From Lama guanicoe (Eukaryota), in contig MU053652.1 of assembly GCA_013239625.1 (NCBI GenBank), positions 372,001 to 436,000 of the forward strand: 64,000 nt of DNA, given 5' to 3'. The notes under the pieces are model-generated. The model made no database searches and was not told the DNA's origin. It saw only the letters and a list, made by a program, of their open reading frames with translations. Below are positions 12,701-27,017 of this stretch, piece by piece (position 1 is the first letter of the stretch; every line of letters starts with the position of its first letter). The position numbers and the translations under genes are program-made.

Positions 12701-14107
12701 AGGTAATTGGCTACCCTAGAAGCCTCAGCATTAACATGCTTATATCTGTCTTTTCTTGCTGACATACAAAAATATGGAAGATATGACAAATACTGTTAAT
12801 TGAACTTCAGTAACCTCAGAATTAGCTGCATATTCTTAAGAACTCATGCAGTGATTACTCTGGACCAGCCAGTATCTGCTTTCCCCTAAACATGTTACTT
12901 ATTTTGTAGATTCAATTGGTTAGAAAGCTATCCTTGAAATACTCAGATACTTTCTCAATATCTATTCTATGTCATGTGCTCGCATTATGGGAGCTACAAA
13001 TAACATGCCAATGACTTTAGGGAATAGAAAAATGAGTGTCAACTGGAGGAGTCAGTCATTCCAAAAAAGAGGTGGAGGGGGACACATTTCGAAGAGTTAA
13101 CAGTTTAAGAAAAAGTAACTACAGCAAGAACAAAGGCATGGAGACCAAACTATGTCACATGGAAGGACTGTGAGGTCAGGGGGAACAGAAGATTCTGGAA
13201 TATATCATGAGAGCATAAGTTGGCCAGTTAAGAAAGGACAGTGATAAGCAGAATTTTTATTCAAGCCTGAAAAGTCTGTGCTGGATAGAGTATGAAAAAA
13301 GTCACTCTAAGGATTGAGCAAAAAATTAATTGAAGGGAAGCAGTATCACAAAGGGTGGCCAAAGGGAAGGGACTAAAAGACACAAAGAGCAGCTGCAGGA
13401 TTGTGGCTCTATTCCAGATGTGATATGGTAGTCATGGAGGAAACAACAAAACAGGAATCAAACTGAGCCCCGTTTGGAGGAAGAAAGATGAACAAGGACG
13501 TAAGAGGTTGACATGATTGGTTCGGGAGCCAGAGAGGCGCGAGACATTTTTGCAATGTAAACGCTAAGGTTAAGGGATGGGGGCTAGAACTGAGGTTCAG
13601 ATTTGGCAGGTCTTGAGCCTGCTCTTACAGAGAACCAAAACCACAGGGAATGAATCTCTGATTGGTATCTGAAAACCTGGAGGAAGAGTTGCTGGGACCA
13701 GAAGAGAATGATCAGAGAGAATCAGGAGCCAACATCCAGATTTCCCTCCTGAATGCGGAGTATGGTCAGGTTTAGAAATGGGGGCTTGCTTTATAAGAGA
13801 AGATGAGCTCTTTTCAAATGTAAAGTCCTCAAAGAAGTGAAAGCCCGCTCATTCTGAGACTACGCCCATGGCTGTTCATTCTGTTGGGACAGCTAAGCCG
13901 AACAATATGAGTATCTGGAGAAGGATCGTCAGTCCTGCATGGAGGACCATGATGGTGGGCAGTGAAGAGGGAGACAACATTCTCGGACTTGGCATGATTG
14001 TGTCATTTCATCACTAGCATGACTGCCTGTTCTGATCCTCAGCTCTCTGCTCAGAATGTTCCAAGGATGGTAGAGGGCCAGAGAGGAGGGATTTGGCATT
14101 TCACAGC

Positions 14108-14252
14108 AGCTTTTGAAAATTTGGTAAAATCATGGACCATCTTGCCAGAGAAAATTAACATCCACATAAATACAGATTTTACACATAAATCTGCGGTATG
14201 GTTTATAGACGCCCCCTGAAGCCCCATCATGCATTTCAAGTTAGGATTATCC
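14108..14252. mobile_element. MER103-like hAT fragment
   Basis: ATGGACCATCTTGCCAGAGAAAAT...CCCCCTGAAGCCCCATCATG...GTTAGGA resembles my recollection of the MER103C end. Confidence 0.5.
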
Positions 14253-16499
14253 AGTTTATACTCTGAATACCACACACACATACACACAAATAGCTCTGTC
14301 TCTGTAGAGAGACACTCATCTTTTCTATGCAAACAGATGCCAGGCGCCACACCCACATGCATGCGTACCTAGCTGTGTATCTACATACCTACAACAAGGC
14401 TGCACGCAGCCCTTTCACCCACTGCTCTTTCTGACGAATCAGGGTCTCTATCCATACCACAAGGGAGGAAGAGAGTAGGGCAGTGTCAAGGTGGGTGGAT
14501 CTTCCCATGTTGCAGCAAGGAAAGTGAAGGAAGAAATCTCATTATCTTCAGAAGCTGCAACACAGGTTATGGGATTTACTGTATGGACACAAATGTGGAT
14601 ACCTTTCCATGTGCACTTGGAGTGCTTTGAGACTGCTGGGTAAGCGAATTTCATTTATCTTGTTTCTTACGGTCCTTACCTAGAGCCAGTCAAGCCCCAG
14701 AAAAGTCGTAGTTAGAGCCCAGGGACCTTACAAAAGCCCCTGTGTATTGTTGTTGGTCATACACGCAGGCCGAGAGCACCCTGTGCTGGGCCTGCTCTGC
14801 TTGGTACAGGCCTTACGCTACTTACGACCTGGGAAGAGGAGGGTCTGGGGGCCCTGGAAGACAGCAAAGGAGCACCAGGCAAGAAACAGTGAAAGAAGTA
14901 AAAGAGAGATGAGAAGGCAGAGGTAGGGGGAGATGAGGAATCAGAATGTTTTGCAAGTGATTTCTCAAAAAAGATGAGTTTACCCACATAATTTAGCTCA
15001 GCACTCTAAGACAATTTCAAAGATGTGTAAGGCCAATTAGCGAGGCCACCAACTTCTGAATAACCGACTACACGCAGTGGTTCTCAAAGAGCAAAAATGC
15101 AAATCTTGATGCCTACAGTATTAACACAGCACTTGGGGGAACTATTTTTATGCTGCAGTGCTGGACTTAATAAAGGCTTAAATCTTTTTATGTGTTCACT
15201 GGATCTCCGTGGGAGAAGTCTCAGTCTGCACTTTAAAATCCTCAGCCTGACGTGTGAAAGTTCAGCAACGCCAGTCCGCCTGGTGCGGATGCCTTGCAGT
15301 TCAATGAGTTCGGACAGTCCCCATCTGCCAGATATGCTAATTCCCGTACAATCAGTACTGCAACTCCTTAGCCGTGTGCTTCTCAGACCGGCCTCAGAAA
15401 ATGTGATGTCTGTTCTGCTGTGCGGTCCACAGTGGGTGAAGGAGGCCAATACTGCACTGAATTTTGTTCCCAACTTGACCTTTTAAAAGTAGAGCGTGGA
15501 AAGACAAGTTGCCTATTTCAGCTCCTTGTTATTCACAGTGTTAGGCATTTTGCAAAGAGCTCCCTAGGTCCAGAACCAGCTGGTCAGTAGTAAGATGCTG
15601 CTGATTACTCTTTTATAATTGGAATACTGGCAATCAAAACATGGGCTTTTTCAAGAACTCCTGGGCTACAGCTGAGGAATAACAACTTCTAGAAGGTCAC
15701 AGGAAGTCTTTATTCTGTTGCGGCATTCCCTCAAAGGGCGTTCAGAGATGAAATAAGAAAGATGGCACCTCCACTCGGGACCAACAAAGCCCCCGAGTAG
15801 GGATGAGGATAAATCTGCTTCTAAATTGTGCCTAAAATATTCATGGCAAAGTGTATAAAGCCATGATGCTAAAGTGGCAGGAACCCTGTTCTGCCTCATT
15901 GCCTTGGTGTGGGATGTGAAGAGCAAAATGTGTAACGCCAGGCCCTCAGCACCATTGACCGATGACTGACATGTTGTAACTCACTGAGATGATACATTTG
16001 AACTTCTTTGAGCTTCTCCACCAGGGAAAAATGCTAGGGAAATTCAATGATTATTGAACTATAATCCTATAACATATTTTATCCATCATCTCATGCTTTT
16101 TGATTATCTGAATCAGATTTCTTTTTATAATTCAAAGTGTTTCCATGAAGACATAATGTTACCCTGGTCTCCTTCTGTGAGGAAACCATTCCACTGAAAT
16201 CTCCTTCAATGAAGCTCCCTAGGATTCAGCTCAGGGCAATGTGGGAGCAGCCTGCAGTCTTTGATTGAGAAAACGTGGTCAAAACCATGAATGCTTTCTT
16301 CCCTTCTCCCCTTGGTCTTGATCCTCACTGCCTTTCATCTCTCCCCTTGTTAGTCTATTCATGTTTCAAATGAGAATTAAATTCCTCTGCCTTGCCCCCT
16401 AATTTGACTCACTTTCCAATAATGTCAACCAACTATCAAACACATCAAAACTGGGAAACCAAGGGCTAGCTAGCCTTTTGCATGTTACAATAGGAAGAA

Positions 16500-16735
16500 A
16501 AAGACTGAACGAATGCTGACATTCTCCATATATTTATACAAGGTACTGATATTTGCAGTTGCATTTAATCTTTAAAACCACCCTAAAATATAAACAAATG
16601 ATTTCCATTTTAGAGACAGGATAACTAGAGTGTTAAAAGGTTAAGAACCTACTGGAAGTCATGCAGCTATGAGTTAAGTGGTAGTTAGGATTCAAATCCT
16701 GGTTTGCATTTTGTTCCCACTACACCAGGCTGCAA
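16500..16735 (-). mobile_element. MIR SINE
   Basis: CCATTTTAGAGACAGGATAACT...AGGTTAAG...AAGTCATGCAGCTA...GGATTCAAATCC. Confidence 0.65.
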
Positions 16736-17189
16736 TACAAGGAAGTTTTCAGAAGAGATACGGAATCCTTCTCTCTCCCTAGAATCTATGTATCACAGAA
16801 AAGCTATAGAATATCTAAAAAGAGGAAGGATCTTTTAGGATTTATGAATTACATAAAGCTGTTTAATCAAAGAAAAAACATCGCTTAGCAGTTCCAAGGA
16901 TCCAGATCTGATACATCAACCAGACAGAAGGAACCTGTATCTCAAGGGACAATTACCAAAGAAGGAAACGAGACAGTCACTATGGTCTTTTTTTCTGAGT
17001 TACGTCTGTAACTGAGTTGAGTATAGGGATAACACAGACAGCTTCTCTTTAACAGGTCCGTTGGCCTGAAAACTTAACAATTAAGAGAAAGAGGAGATTA
17101 ACAGTTGCCATGCTTAAATCTTAGGTTCATGCTGAGATACAAATTGCCACTTCTTGGACCTTCTGCCAAGTCCAGTAGGCTGAGGGATG

Positions 17190-17578
17190 GCTGCAAGAAG
17201 GCAGCTTTCCATTCCTGTTGCCAATGACTGGCTTAGCGGAGGGTGTGTGATACAATTGGGGCCAATGAGACATGAGAGGAAGTCTGCTGAGGGACAGCTG
17301 GAAAATGTCTCCTGGTTGACAATAATAAAGCACAGGAGCCAGCCTGGGACCACAGAGGGTGCTGTGGAGGATGAAGCCAATACACCTTGAGGAAGGAAGA
17401 GCAAATGGCAAGAACCTGGGTTCTTAATGACATCAATGGGCCCCTGAATTAGCCAACCCTGAAGGCCCCCTAACCTGGGATTTCACATCATGTGAGATTT
17501 AGCATTTTTTAAAATAAATATTTTAAGTCACTTAAATCAGGGTTTCCTGCTACATGGAGTCAAAAGTATCCTAATAAA
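17190..17578 (+). mobile_element. MLT1 (MaLR) LTR fragment
   Basis: GGCCAATGAGACATGAGAGGAAGTCTGCTG...GAACCTGGGTTCTTAATGACATC...AAAGTATCCTAA. Confidence 0.75.
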
Positions 17579-18046
17579 TCTCCTGATGCAAAAGATAAAG
17601 ATACAGCTCCCTGTGATACTTCTCTCCTCTTCCTGTTTTATTATTGTGGTGTGAAAATGCCGTTCTTTTGTAATTTAAATAAACTACCTAAACCATTATT
17701 TTTACTTCTACTAGTCTTCTGCCTTTCCTCGCTTTTTAGGATGAAGCTTTTAATAACCCTTTTAAAAGCCCTCCTCCCTCTACTGTCCATGCACCACCCT
17801 TCACACTGCCCCCATCTTCCATTTTTTCACGGCTACATTTTTACTTTGCCTGTACTGTCCAGCAAACACAATCAAGTCTTCCATGCTTTGCCTGCACTAT
17901 TCATAAAGAACTATAAGAAGCATTTGCATTGTTGTGTGTAGTAAGTACTGTTCTGTGCTGGGCCCAGGGAGCACATGTCCTTTTCCATCAGTCAGTCACA
18001 GTCCAAGGGCCTTTCAAAGAGGATGCTTCCAGACGTTTACTTTGTA

Positions 18047-18078
18047 TTTGGACCATATATAGTTTGGACCATATATAG
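18047..18078. repeat. Perfect 16-bp tandem duplication
   Basis: TTTGGACCATATATAG occurs twice in tandem. Confidence 0.9.
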
Positions 18079-18149
18079 TCTTGTATAGATTTTTTTTCCC
18101 CCTTGAAAGTTTCCAGTTTACTTTCTTTTTTCTTGCATTACTTGTATTT

Positions 18150-19390
18150 ATCACATTTAGGTGTTTTTGTTTTTTAGAAAACTTCTGAATCCTAATGTCT
18201 ATTTTCTTTGAGTCTTTCCCCTCCCCAAGGACCTTCCCTCGAGGAGTTGTATCTTATTACTCCAACTTGGACTGGTTCACTGAGCCTGCTTCATGGTTGT
18301 CCTGTTTTTCTGAGTGGGATCAAGTGCTTTTTAAACACTACATTTTCTAATTTTTTGGTTTATTTACTTGCTTTGCTCAAATACACCCTTAATTAGTTCC
18401 CTAGGAAGAAGAGCATGAGAAGCAAACTTTCTTAATTCTGATAAATCCGAAAATGTCTTTATCTTGCCCTCAGAATTGCCTACTATGCTCTTTGGATAAA
18501 TTCTTCTAGGTTGAAATCATTCTTCCTCAGAGCTGAGAAGACACCAGTTTATTATTTCCTCGCGCTTACTGCTCTCCATCACAAGTCTGATGCCAGCTGA
18601 CATTTTTTCCCTCCCTCCCACTCTGTAAATTTTAGTAACTTCACTTTTGGCACCCAATATGCTCCTTTACCATGGAGATGTGTGCCCTTCCCTCAGTTTT
18701 AGAAAAGCATTTCTACTAATTCTGCAGTACTTTCCCTTCCCCTTCATTTTCTGATCTTTTCTTGGAACTCCAATTAGTTCCTCTGACTAATTGGGAGGCT
18801 AGCCCTATAAATAGAGGTTCCTAAAAAGCCTCCTCTCAATGGGAGAACGTTTTGCTTGGGAGCATCACATGGATGTGCCGTGAGTACTAACAGGTAGGTT
18901 TCTCCTTAGGGTGAGTAGGTGCCAATGGTCAGGCTGGGGCCCTCTTTCTCTAGGGCCATGATGAGGAGGGTTTATTCTGGGGCCAACACATTCACACCAG
19001 AAGCCTTGACTTTCCTTAACTATTTCCTAAGACGGCTCTTTCAGGAATAAATTCTGGGATGCCACCATGCTGAAGGGGTGAATGAAATAGTGTTATATAT
19101 TTCACATTTATAACATTGTCACTAATCCCTCTGTTTTCAGTTTCTCTTGGCATGCTCACTTTTTTTTTTTTTTTACAGTAGATTATGAGCCTGGAACTTC
19201 TCCAAAGTGCTCACTGCATTTCCCATACCGAGGTTTTCCCCCAACTGGTTAGTCCATTAACTGTCTCCCATCTTTTTCTTATCTTCCAGAAATCTGCTGA
19301 CATCACTGGTTCATTGGTAAATCTCTTCCTATTCTTTCTCAATTGTGGATTTATTCCTTTTTGTTTCTCTGTGAAAGTACCATAATTGGT
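18150..19390 (-). mobile_element. Ancient L1ME/HAL1-like fragment
   Basis: T-rich antisense pattern with GAAAATGTCTTTAT...CTAGGTTGAAATCATTCTTCCTCAG...AAGTCTGATGCCA. Confidence 0.55.
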
Positions 19391-21044
19391 CTGCCCCCTT
19401 GAACCCTACATCTTATTTAAACCTCACAAGCTTTGTTAAAAACATTGGAAGTGATGCAGAACATTTTTAAAATAACTTTTAACATATGGCATTGAAATTC
19501 AGTGTATGGTCAGGGAGGAGCATAGTACTGCTTAGTTTTCAAATTGCTTTAACCTCCAGAAACAAACAAAGAGAGATGCTGGGCTCTAATGTGCTGATTC
19601 TTACAAGTGCAGGATTCTTTGAGTGCCCAGGGCCAGCCTCACTGAGGTCCCAGCTGCTTCCGCAGGTACCAAGGTGACTATCACACCTCCTTTACCAGTT
19701 TAGCAATGTTCCCAGCTGGCGTCATCACTGGGAGGGTGGTAATGAGCAGTGGCAGGAAAGGGTATCAGATGGCTCTGAGCCTGGGGTTGGTGAACAGCTT
19801 CTGCACCTTGATGTGGCACAGAGAGGTGCCAATCAGTCCCATTAGCAGCAGGATGACAGTCACAAGGGCAACAGCTTGTATGAGATGGTGATGACAGTAG
19901 CCACAGTGAGAATAGGCTGGCAGCTGCCACAGACACCCGAGGAGCAGCCACTGGACAGTGACAGCAGCTCCAACTGCAGGAGAAAGTGATGACAGACTTA
20001 GGGCAACACATACCTAACACTTGAATGTAACAGATTGAAAGTCACTTTCACTATATAAAATACTGCCTTCCAGGTAACATGGTTATAAGATAAGACTTCA
20101 GTATGCTTAAAGATGCTGATGACAAGGGGTCTCACTCCAACACCAAGGTCAGAGGACCTTATAAAGGGCCTTTGTCACCATCTCTGCATCACTGATTCTG
20201 AATTTCAGCCTTCGAGGGATTAATTTGCTTCTAAAAAGGCTTGTGTTTCTAGAAGGGCTGTATTCTTTGCTGTCATCAGGTGGCAATAAAGAGTCATAAT
20301 TTATAATCCCAGACGGTTTGGGTTACTAGGGAGATCAGACACTTAATATTTTAAATCACGATTTCGTAACTACACTCCCTATCTGCTTGTTAAAACAACC
20401 TAAACTGAGAGATCCAGTAAGAAACGAAAACTGAGAAAAGATGAAGCTTCATTGCAAATACAAAACAAAAGAATCCCCTTACATTTCTTTAGCTGTTCTT
20501 AACTTAATAGGTCTATAATGGAGCCTTAGATTCATTGGCACAGAAGTTCCTTTCTCCTCATTAGATGCATCTATTTTAACTTTGGAGTTATTTCTTCTGT
20601 GGTTTCTTGCAGTTATGGCTCTTTTTCTATAGTAAGAAAGTCTTCCGGCTGGGATGGAAGCATGTGTCATATTTCAAACCAGTAATACCTGTCTCTTTTG
20701 TCCAAGTGTAATTCACTCTTTGTCTAGCTGGAAGTTCTTTAGTCCTAATTAGCTCCATAATCAACTAATAATTATTTTTACAAATCACCAGGACTAATAA
20801 AAGCATCCCCTTGCTACCAGAGGCAGCGTTAGAAACTTCGTGCCTGTCTTTCCTCAACCAGAACCCGAGTCAGTGAGGAGAAGGGGGTAAGCGTGAGGTG
20901 GGGGTGATGCTTGGGGGTGATGGGGATGGACACGTGGGGGGTGGGGGCGGGGAAGAAGAGAGAGGGAGTAGGAGAGAAAGACAGACTGGGGGACGGTTCT
21001 CTATCATTCTGTATCACCACTCTAAATTTTTGTTCTTATTAGTT

Positions 21045-21595
21045 TTTTTAAGAAAGCAGACTTACTGAGATATAATTCACATACCATATAATCCACCCAT
21101 TTAAACAGTGCAATTCAATGGCTTTTAACAACTTTATAGACGTGTCCAGTCATCACTGCAATTTTAGAACATTTTCATCCTCTCAAAAAGAAATCCTGTA
21201 CCTTTAGCTGTCACTCTCCTGTTCCCTCTGCTCTCCACCCAGCCCTAGGCAACTGCTAAAACACTTCCTGTCGCTAAAGACTAGACTTCCCTATTCTGGA
21301 CTTTCACATGAATGGAATCATATAGTACATGATCTTTTGGGACTGGCTTTTTTTCACTTAGTATACTGTTTTTAAGGTCCATTCATGTTGCTACATGTAT
21401 CAATACTTCAGTCATTTATGGCTGGATAATAATCCATTGTATGGACATACCACATTTGTTTATTCATTAAGCAGTGATGGACATAAGGGTTGTTTCCACC
21501 TTTTGGTTATTATGAATAAGGCTGCTATAAACATTTGTATACATGTTTCTGTGTGGGCATGTTTTCATTTCTCTCGGGAATGTACTTAGGAGTGA
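21045..21595 (-). mobile_element. Old L1 (L1MB-like) 3' region
   Basis: GAGATATAATTCACATACCAT...ATGGAATCATATAGTA...TGTTTCCACCTTTTGGTTATTATGAATAA is typical of an antisense L1M 3' UTR. Confidence 0.8.
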
Positions 21596-24329
21596 CTCTC
21601 ATGAGGTTCTAACATCCCTTCTTATCTTAATCCTCTCTTTCTTAATTCTTATCCCACTGTATTGCTCACATTACTGAGCTCACCCTGACACACTTGTATA
21701 AGCAGGAACTGTATTTTCATCTTTAAAGCTCCAGGGATGGTTAGCTGTCATATATGTTCAACAACTATTTGCTGCATGAACAAATAACCCCTTGACAATT
21801 TGCCATAACCACCTTGAGCAACTGAGTTCTTTAGAAAATGCTTCAGATATTGAAACAGTTTAAATGGTACGCTTTTGTGCTTTTACATGGCTCTGTTCAT
21901 TAAGGAAATCAGTGGGAAGATGTTCCTAATGGTAGACATTTCCAGACACCTGTGAGCCTTGAGAATAGGCTACTTTAAAAGGACCACCAAGGTACTAAAA
22001 TGAGACAGAGGCTTATGTACAATAAGCAAGGGAGGCATCAAGCAACATATTTTGGATAATGAGACTATGTCATTCCTCAGCGTTAAGAAAGATACCCCAC
22101 TGGGTGAGCACATCTTGGTCTAGACAAAGCCTGCTTCCTTTATCAAACTCCTACATAGGAATCGGATGCTCGAGAGAGTTCTGCTTCCCCTTGTTCCCTC
22201 TTAACTGCTCAGAAAGACCACTTTGGGGTCGAAGGGTCCTCTCCTGTCTATCTGCTAGACAGGCTATATAACTGAGCACATTATTTCAAAGCAGACAGCA
22301 AGTGTCTAAATTAAAATAGATTCCTCTCCTGGAGAAAGTAAGAACTTGAAGGTTTTAAGTGACCTCAACACTAAACCTCAGCTCCCTTCCAAACTGGGCA
22401 CAGAAAAATAGATCCTTCCTGCCCCCCTGGCACTTTAAGGGTTCTCCTCTACATTATTATCATGGACTCTGGGGCTAGAAGAAAAAGAACCCATGGAGGA
22501 TTCTTCATTGGAGGTGGAGGACTAGCACCAGCGTTAGTAATTAACAAGGTAATGATGACGTTCAACTGTTAATGGCATCTGCACTGTGCCTACTGGTACA
22601 GGGGTCCAGTCATCCTCCGCACGGGGGCTGACTTCAGGACTCCAGGTTCTTCTATTAAGGATTTGACTTTCCATTCCTTAGTAACAGGAGAAGTCCCTCC
22701 CTACAGTATCTCCCTCTCACATAATCCCAATTCTTATATTTTGTTTTGACTTAAAAGTTTAGTGGGATTTAGATAGTAAAAAATTGTGTTATCATTTCTC
22801 TTTTAATTTACTTAGGAAAAAAGATACAAATTGATGTGGGCAGAGCAGATATTTATAGTTAAGCAAGAACATGGCAATATCAATATCAAAAGCTAATAAA
22901 ATGAATAATCATTCTGTGCGTATTTAATAACAAGAACATGGTTATGTGCTGATAGTGAACAGAAGTCATAATTGTTATCACATAGTAATTTCTATTTATA
23001 AAGAAGTGTCTAGCAGCAATGTTGTTCTAGTTAGTGTTAGAGAAAGCAGACATTAAGGGGAGTGGGGTTAACACGACACACTTAGGGTTTTATCAGAAAC
23101 TGGGAGGTTCAAACCACAGGATGCTGCCCCTTCTCCCCAGGTTGCCTGTCACTGCCCTGGGGTGTCACCAGTTCTGATGTGAAGGTGAGCTTGTGAATGC
23201 TTTCGAGATCAGCTTGCAAGAGGCATCAAGATCTCCAGGAGAGACTTGCCCTAAATGAGGAGTCAGGAAATCTGGGTTCCAGTCCTATTAGGATCACTGA
23301 CTAGCCAGTTACTCCATCGCTCTGAGTCAGTTTCTTGCCTGTTAAAGGAAGGGGCCAGATAATACCAACTGCAAGTCATATCTAGTGAAGACTTTGTAGC
23401 TTTCTGGGAAGACACTATGATCTAAGAAGCCTGAGAACTAATCGGAACTCTTCTTACCAAATTCTAAACTCTTCTCCACCCTGTACTGCCTTCTTTTCAC
23501 CAATCTCATGAAAACTGTAGTCAGTTTAGACAGTTCTGTTTTTGCTACATCTCTCCTCATACTCTTGGTTATCTTTCACTGTCTGAGACAGAGAGGGTGA
23601 GAGAGGGAGCTGGACTCACTTTCTTTTCCTCCTTTGCACATGAGACAAGAGCTAAATTAATTCACATTCATGTGAACTTTCAGCTTCATAGGAGGACTGT
23701 AAGTGCAGAAATGCAGATTACTCCTATTTCTAGTAATTTCAGCATCTGTTGTTAATCAAAGAGACAGAGGACAACAAACGAATGTATATTTTACAAGATT
23801 TTCTTTTCCTTTGCTAAGAATCACCTTGGAGGTTTTACATTTGTATATGTCCCTTAAACATTCAAAACACCCACATTACATTCAGGGTTAAAAGAATTTC
23901 TTCCTTAGAACCATCTAAATCTGAAACTATATAGTACACCACCCTATAGTAACCAAGCTTCCAATTTTCTTAAAGGTATAGTTTGAGGACAGCAGTAGCA
24001 TCCCCAAATTATACTTTGTAACCTTCTTTTTAATAGCTTTTGGTTCCTGAGAAAGCAACCCTTCCACTGCCTATGATACCCTCCCATTCCCTCTACATCT
24101 CATCTCTTTCAAAGTACAGCTCAAAACACTGCCTCTACATTTTCCTCTAATTATTCCAATCCACTCTGAATAATGTCCCAGTAGCACCTCTATTAACGCT
24201 TTTACACAAATGCTTTTTCATAAAATAATTTTTCATTGTCTATCTTCTTTGGCACATAATAAACTCACCACGTTATTGGCTGTACCACTCACTTATTAAA
24301 TTTCATTTGTTCAGCAAACTATTAGATAT

Positions 24330-26170
24330 AGTAGTTATCTCTTTTTGTTTATTCGGAAACCATCCCACTTCTTTCAGTAACAGAACCTTTCCTTTTCTCT
24401 GGAACTTTTCTATGAGGTCCAAGTTGGACCTTCACAATAGGTACGGACATGCGATGTGGATTGTCCAATCAGAATGCTCCATGCTCTCTGGCCACAGCAG
24501 TTGGTTCAGAGACAGGCAGGGCCCATCAGAGTCCCTCCAGGAGATTTGCTATATGGATTTTAGAAGAGAGAGGGTATCTCTCTTTCTAAGATTTCCAGCT
24601 ATAAGTATGATATAAGTTTGGGGCTACTATTTTGCCACATGGGGAATCAGGCTATACAATAATAAAGCCAAGCAGGTACAAACAGAAGCAAGAGTTTGAC
24701 AGAAAAAAAAAAAAGACTTTTGAGTTTCACAGTGGCATGTAAATCAATGAAGTTAGAACACTCCCTCACACCATAAACAAAAATAAACTCAGAATGGCTT
24801 AAAGACTTTAACATAAGACAAGATGCCATAAATCTCCTAGAAGAGAACAAAGGCAAAAACATTCTCTGACATAAATCATAGCAATGTCCTCCTAGGTCAG
24901 TCTACCAAGGAGATAGAAATAAAAGCAAAAATAAACAAATGGGACCTAATTAAACTTATAGGCTTTTGCATAGCAAAAGAAACTATAAACAAAATGAAAA
25001 GACAACCTACAGAATGGGAGAAAATGTTTGCAAAGAATGCAGCTGACAAGGGTTTAATTTCTAGAATACACAAATGGCCCCTACAACTCAAAACAAAAAG
25101 CCAAACAACCCAATCAAAAAGTGGGCAGAAGACCTAAACAGACATTTTTCCAATGAAGACATACAGATGGCTAGTAGGCATATGAAAAGATGTTGAATAT
25201 CACTAATTATCAGAGAAATTCAAAACAAAACTACAACGAGTTACCACCTCACACCAGTCAGAATGGCCATCATTCCACAAACAATAAATGCTAGAGAGGG
25301 TATGGAGAAAAGGGAACTCTCCCACACTGTTGGTGGGAATGTAATTTGAAGCAGCCATTATGCATAACAGTGTGGAAACTCCTCAAAAGACTAAAAATAG
25401 ACTTGGCACATAATCCAGTAAACCCACTCCTGGGGATATATTTGAAGGGAACTCTAATTCAACAAGATACGTGCACCCCAGGTGTTCATAGCAGTACCAT
25501 TTACAATACATGGAAGCCAAGACATGGAAACAACCAAAATGTTCATCAAAAGATGACTGGATAAAGAAGATGTTGTATGTACGTATGTATGTGTACACAC
25601 ACACACACACACAGTGGAATACTACTCAGACATAAAAAAGAAAGAAATGTTATTTGCAGCAACATAGATGGACCTAGAGATTACCATACTAAGCGAAGTC
25701 AGACAGAGAAAGACAAATACCATATGACATATATAGAATCTTAAAAAATGACACAAATGAACTTATTTACAAAACAGAAACAGAGTCACAGATATAGAAA
25801 ACAAACTTATGGTTACCAAGAGGGAAATGCAGGGGAGAGACAAATTAGGAGTTTGGGATTTGTAATTACTAACTACTACATATAAAAATATGTAAACAAC
25901 AAGGTTCTTCTGTCTAGCACAGGGAACTATACTCAATATCCTGTAGTAACCTATAATGAAAAAGAATATAAAAAGTAATGTTCTAAAAAAACAAAAGAAG
26001 ACTGAGTTCTACTGTTACGATTTGAATCCTTGGACAAAACCAGGTATAAAACCAACTACTTCCTGAATGTTCCAGTTTCATAATTCAACATATTCTTTTT
26101 TTTTTTTTTTTGGCTTATGCTAGTCTGGATTTGGTTTCTGCCCTTACAACTGAAAGAATCCTGACAAACA
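24330..26170 (+). mobile_element. MLT1 LTR split by the L1 at 24729-25997
   Basis: Left part has CCAATCAGAATGCTCC...TGGCCACAGCAGTTGGTTCAG; right part ends TTACAACTGAAAGAATCCTGACAAACA. Confidence 0.65.
24729..25997 (+). mobile_element. 5'-truncated LINE-1 (decayed ORF2 end plus 3' UTR) inserted into an MLT1 LTR
   Basis: L1 ORF2 3' sequence (TACCACCTCACACCAGTCAGAATGGCCATCATT, AACAAATGGGACCTAATTAAACT) with an internal (CA)n tract. Imperfect TSD AAGACT(TTT)GAGTT. Confidence 0.9.
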
Positions 26171-26230
26171 CATTAGCTGTTTACTGTGCCAAACACTGAA
26201 TATCTAATTCGGAGCCTGAAGTTTACATAC

Positions 26231-26786
26231 AGTGGTAGCTAAATTCAAAGATAACCCTAATGAATCATGCCTTCCTTTATGTAGTCTTTGTGTAGTCCCC
26301 TCCCACACTAAGTCTGGGCTCACCCAGTGACTTGCTCTAACAGAATGTGGCAGAAGAGATATTGCACCAGACCTGGATCTAGGCCTTAAAAAGGCCTGGA
26401 AGCTTCTCCTCTCATACTTTTGGGAGTCCTGGGTAGCTGTGTAAGAAGTATGACTATCCTGATGGAGAAACCACAAGGAAAAGCTGTATGAAAGGGGAGA
26501 TCTCTGAGACTACATGGCTGCGGGGAGGGATCCAGCCATCTGAGCATCCCAGCTGAGCCCAGCCTTCCAGCTCTCCCCACCAGACATATGAGGCAAGCCA
26601 TCTTGGATGTTCCAGCCTCATGTGCCGTCAGATTATAGCCATGCAAGACACCCCAAGACAATCCAGCAGAAAAACTACAGCTGAGCCCCAGACAATCTTC
26701 TAAATCAAGAGAACCAATATACTGGTCATTGTTCTTGGTACCAAGTTTTGGGATGATTTATTATATAGCAACAGATAATGGAAACA
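26231..26786 (+). mobile_element. MLT1 (MLT1F/G/H-like) LTR
   Basis: GTGACTTGCTCTAACAGAATGTGGCAGAAG...AGCTGAGCCCAG...AAGTTTTGGGATGATTTATTATATAGCAACAGATAATGGAAACA. Confidence 0.8.
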
Positions 26787-27017
26787 AATGTATAGATTCA
26801 ATAATTATATTTTCTCAGCTACAGGGAGGCAAGCTTCAGGGCATGTAATCCAGCCAATTTTGCTTTCTCTTTAAGAAACTGAAATTCTTGATAGGAATTT
26901 AAGTATTCTACACAATTGATTGAAATAAAGAGATACAATGTAAATTTACATCAAAATGTTAATACTTCAATAAAGAGCACTAATCAAATCAAAATTTAAA
27001 TCAAAACTTCAATAGTA

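Noticed and set aside
15084..15486. Two antiparallel 129-aa ORFs overlapping almost exactly
   Set aside because: No recognisable domain or homology and no supporting exon structure. Antiparallel stop-free frames of this length can arise by chance in intronic DNA.
19700..20020. Cys/Ser/His-rich 106-aa minus-strand ORF
   Set aside because: It arises from low-complexity GACAG/GCAGC-rich sequence, with no regular metal-binding spacing and no convincing splice sites.
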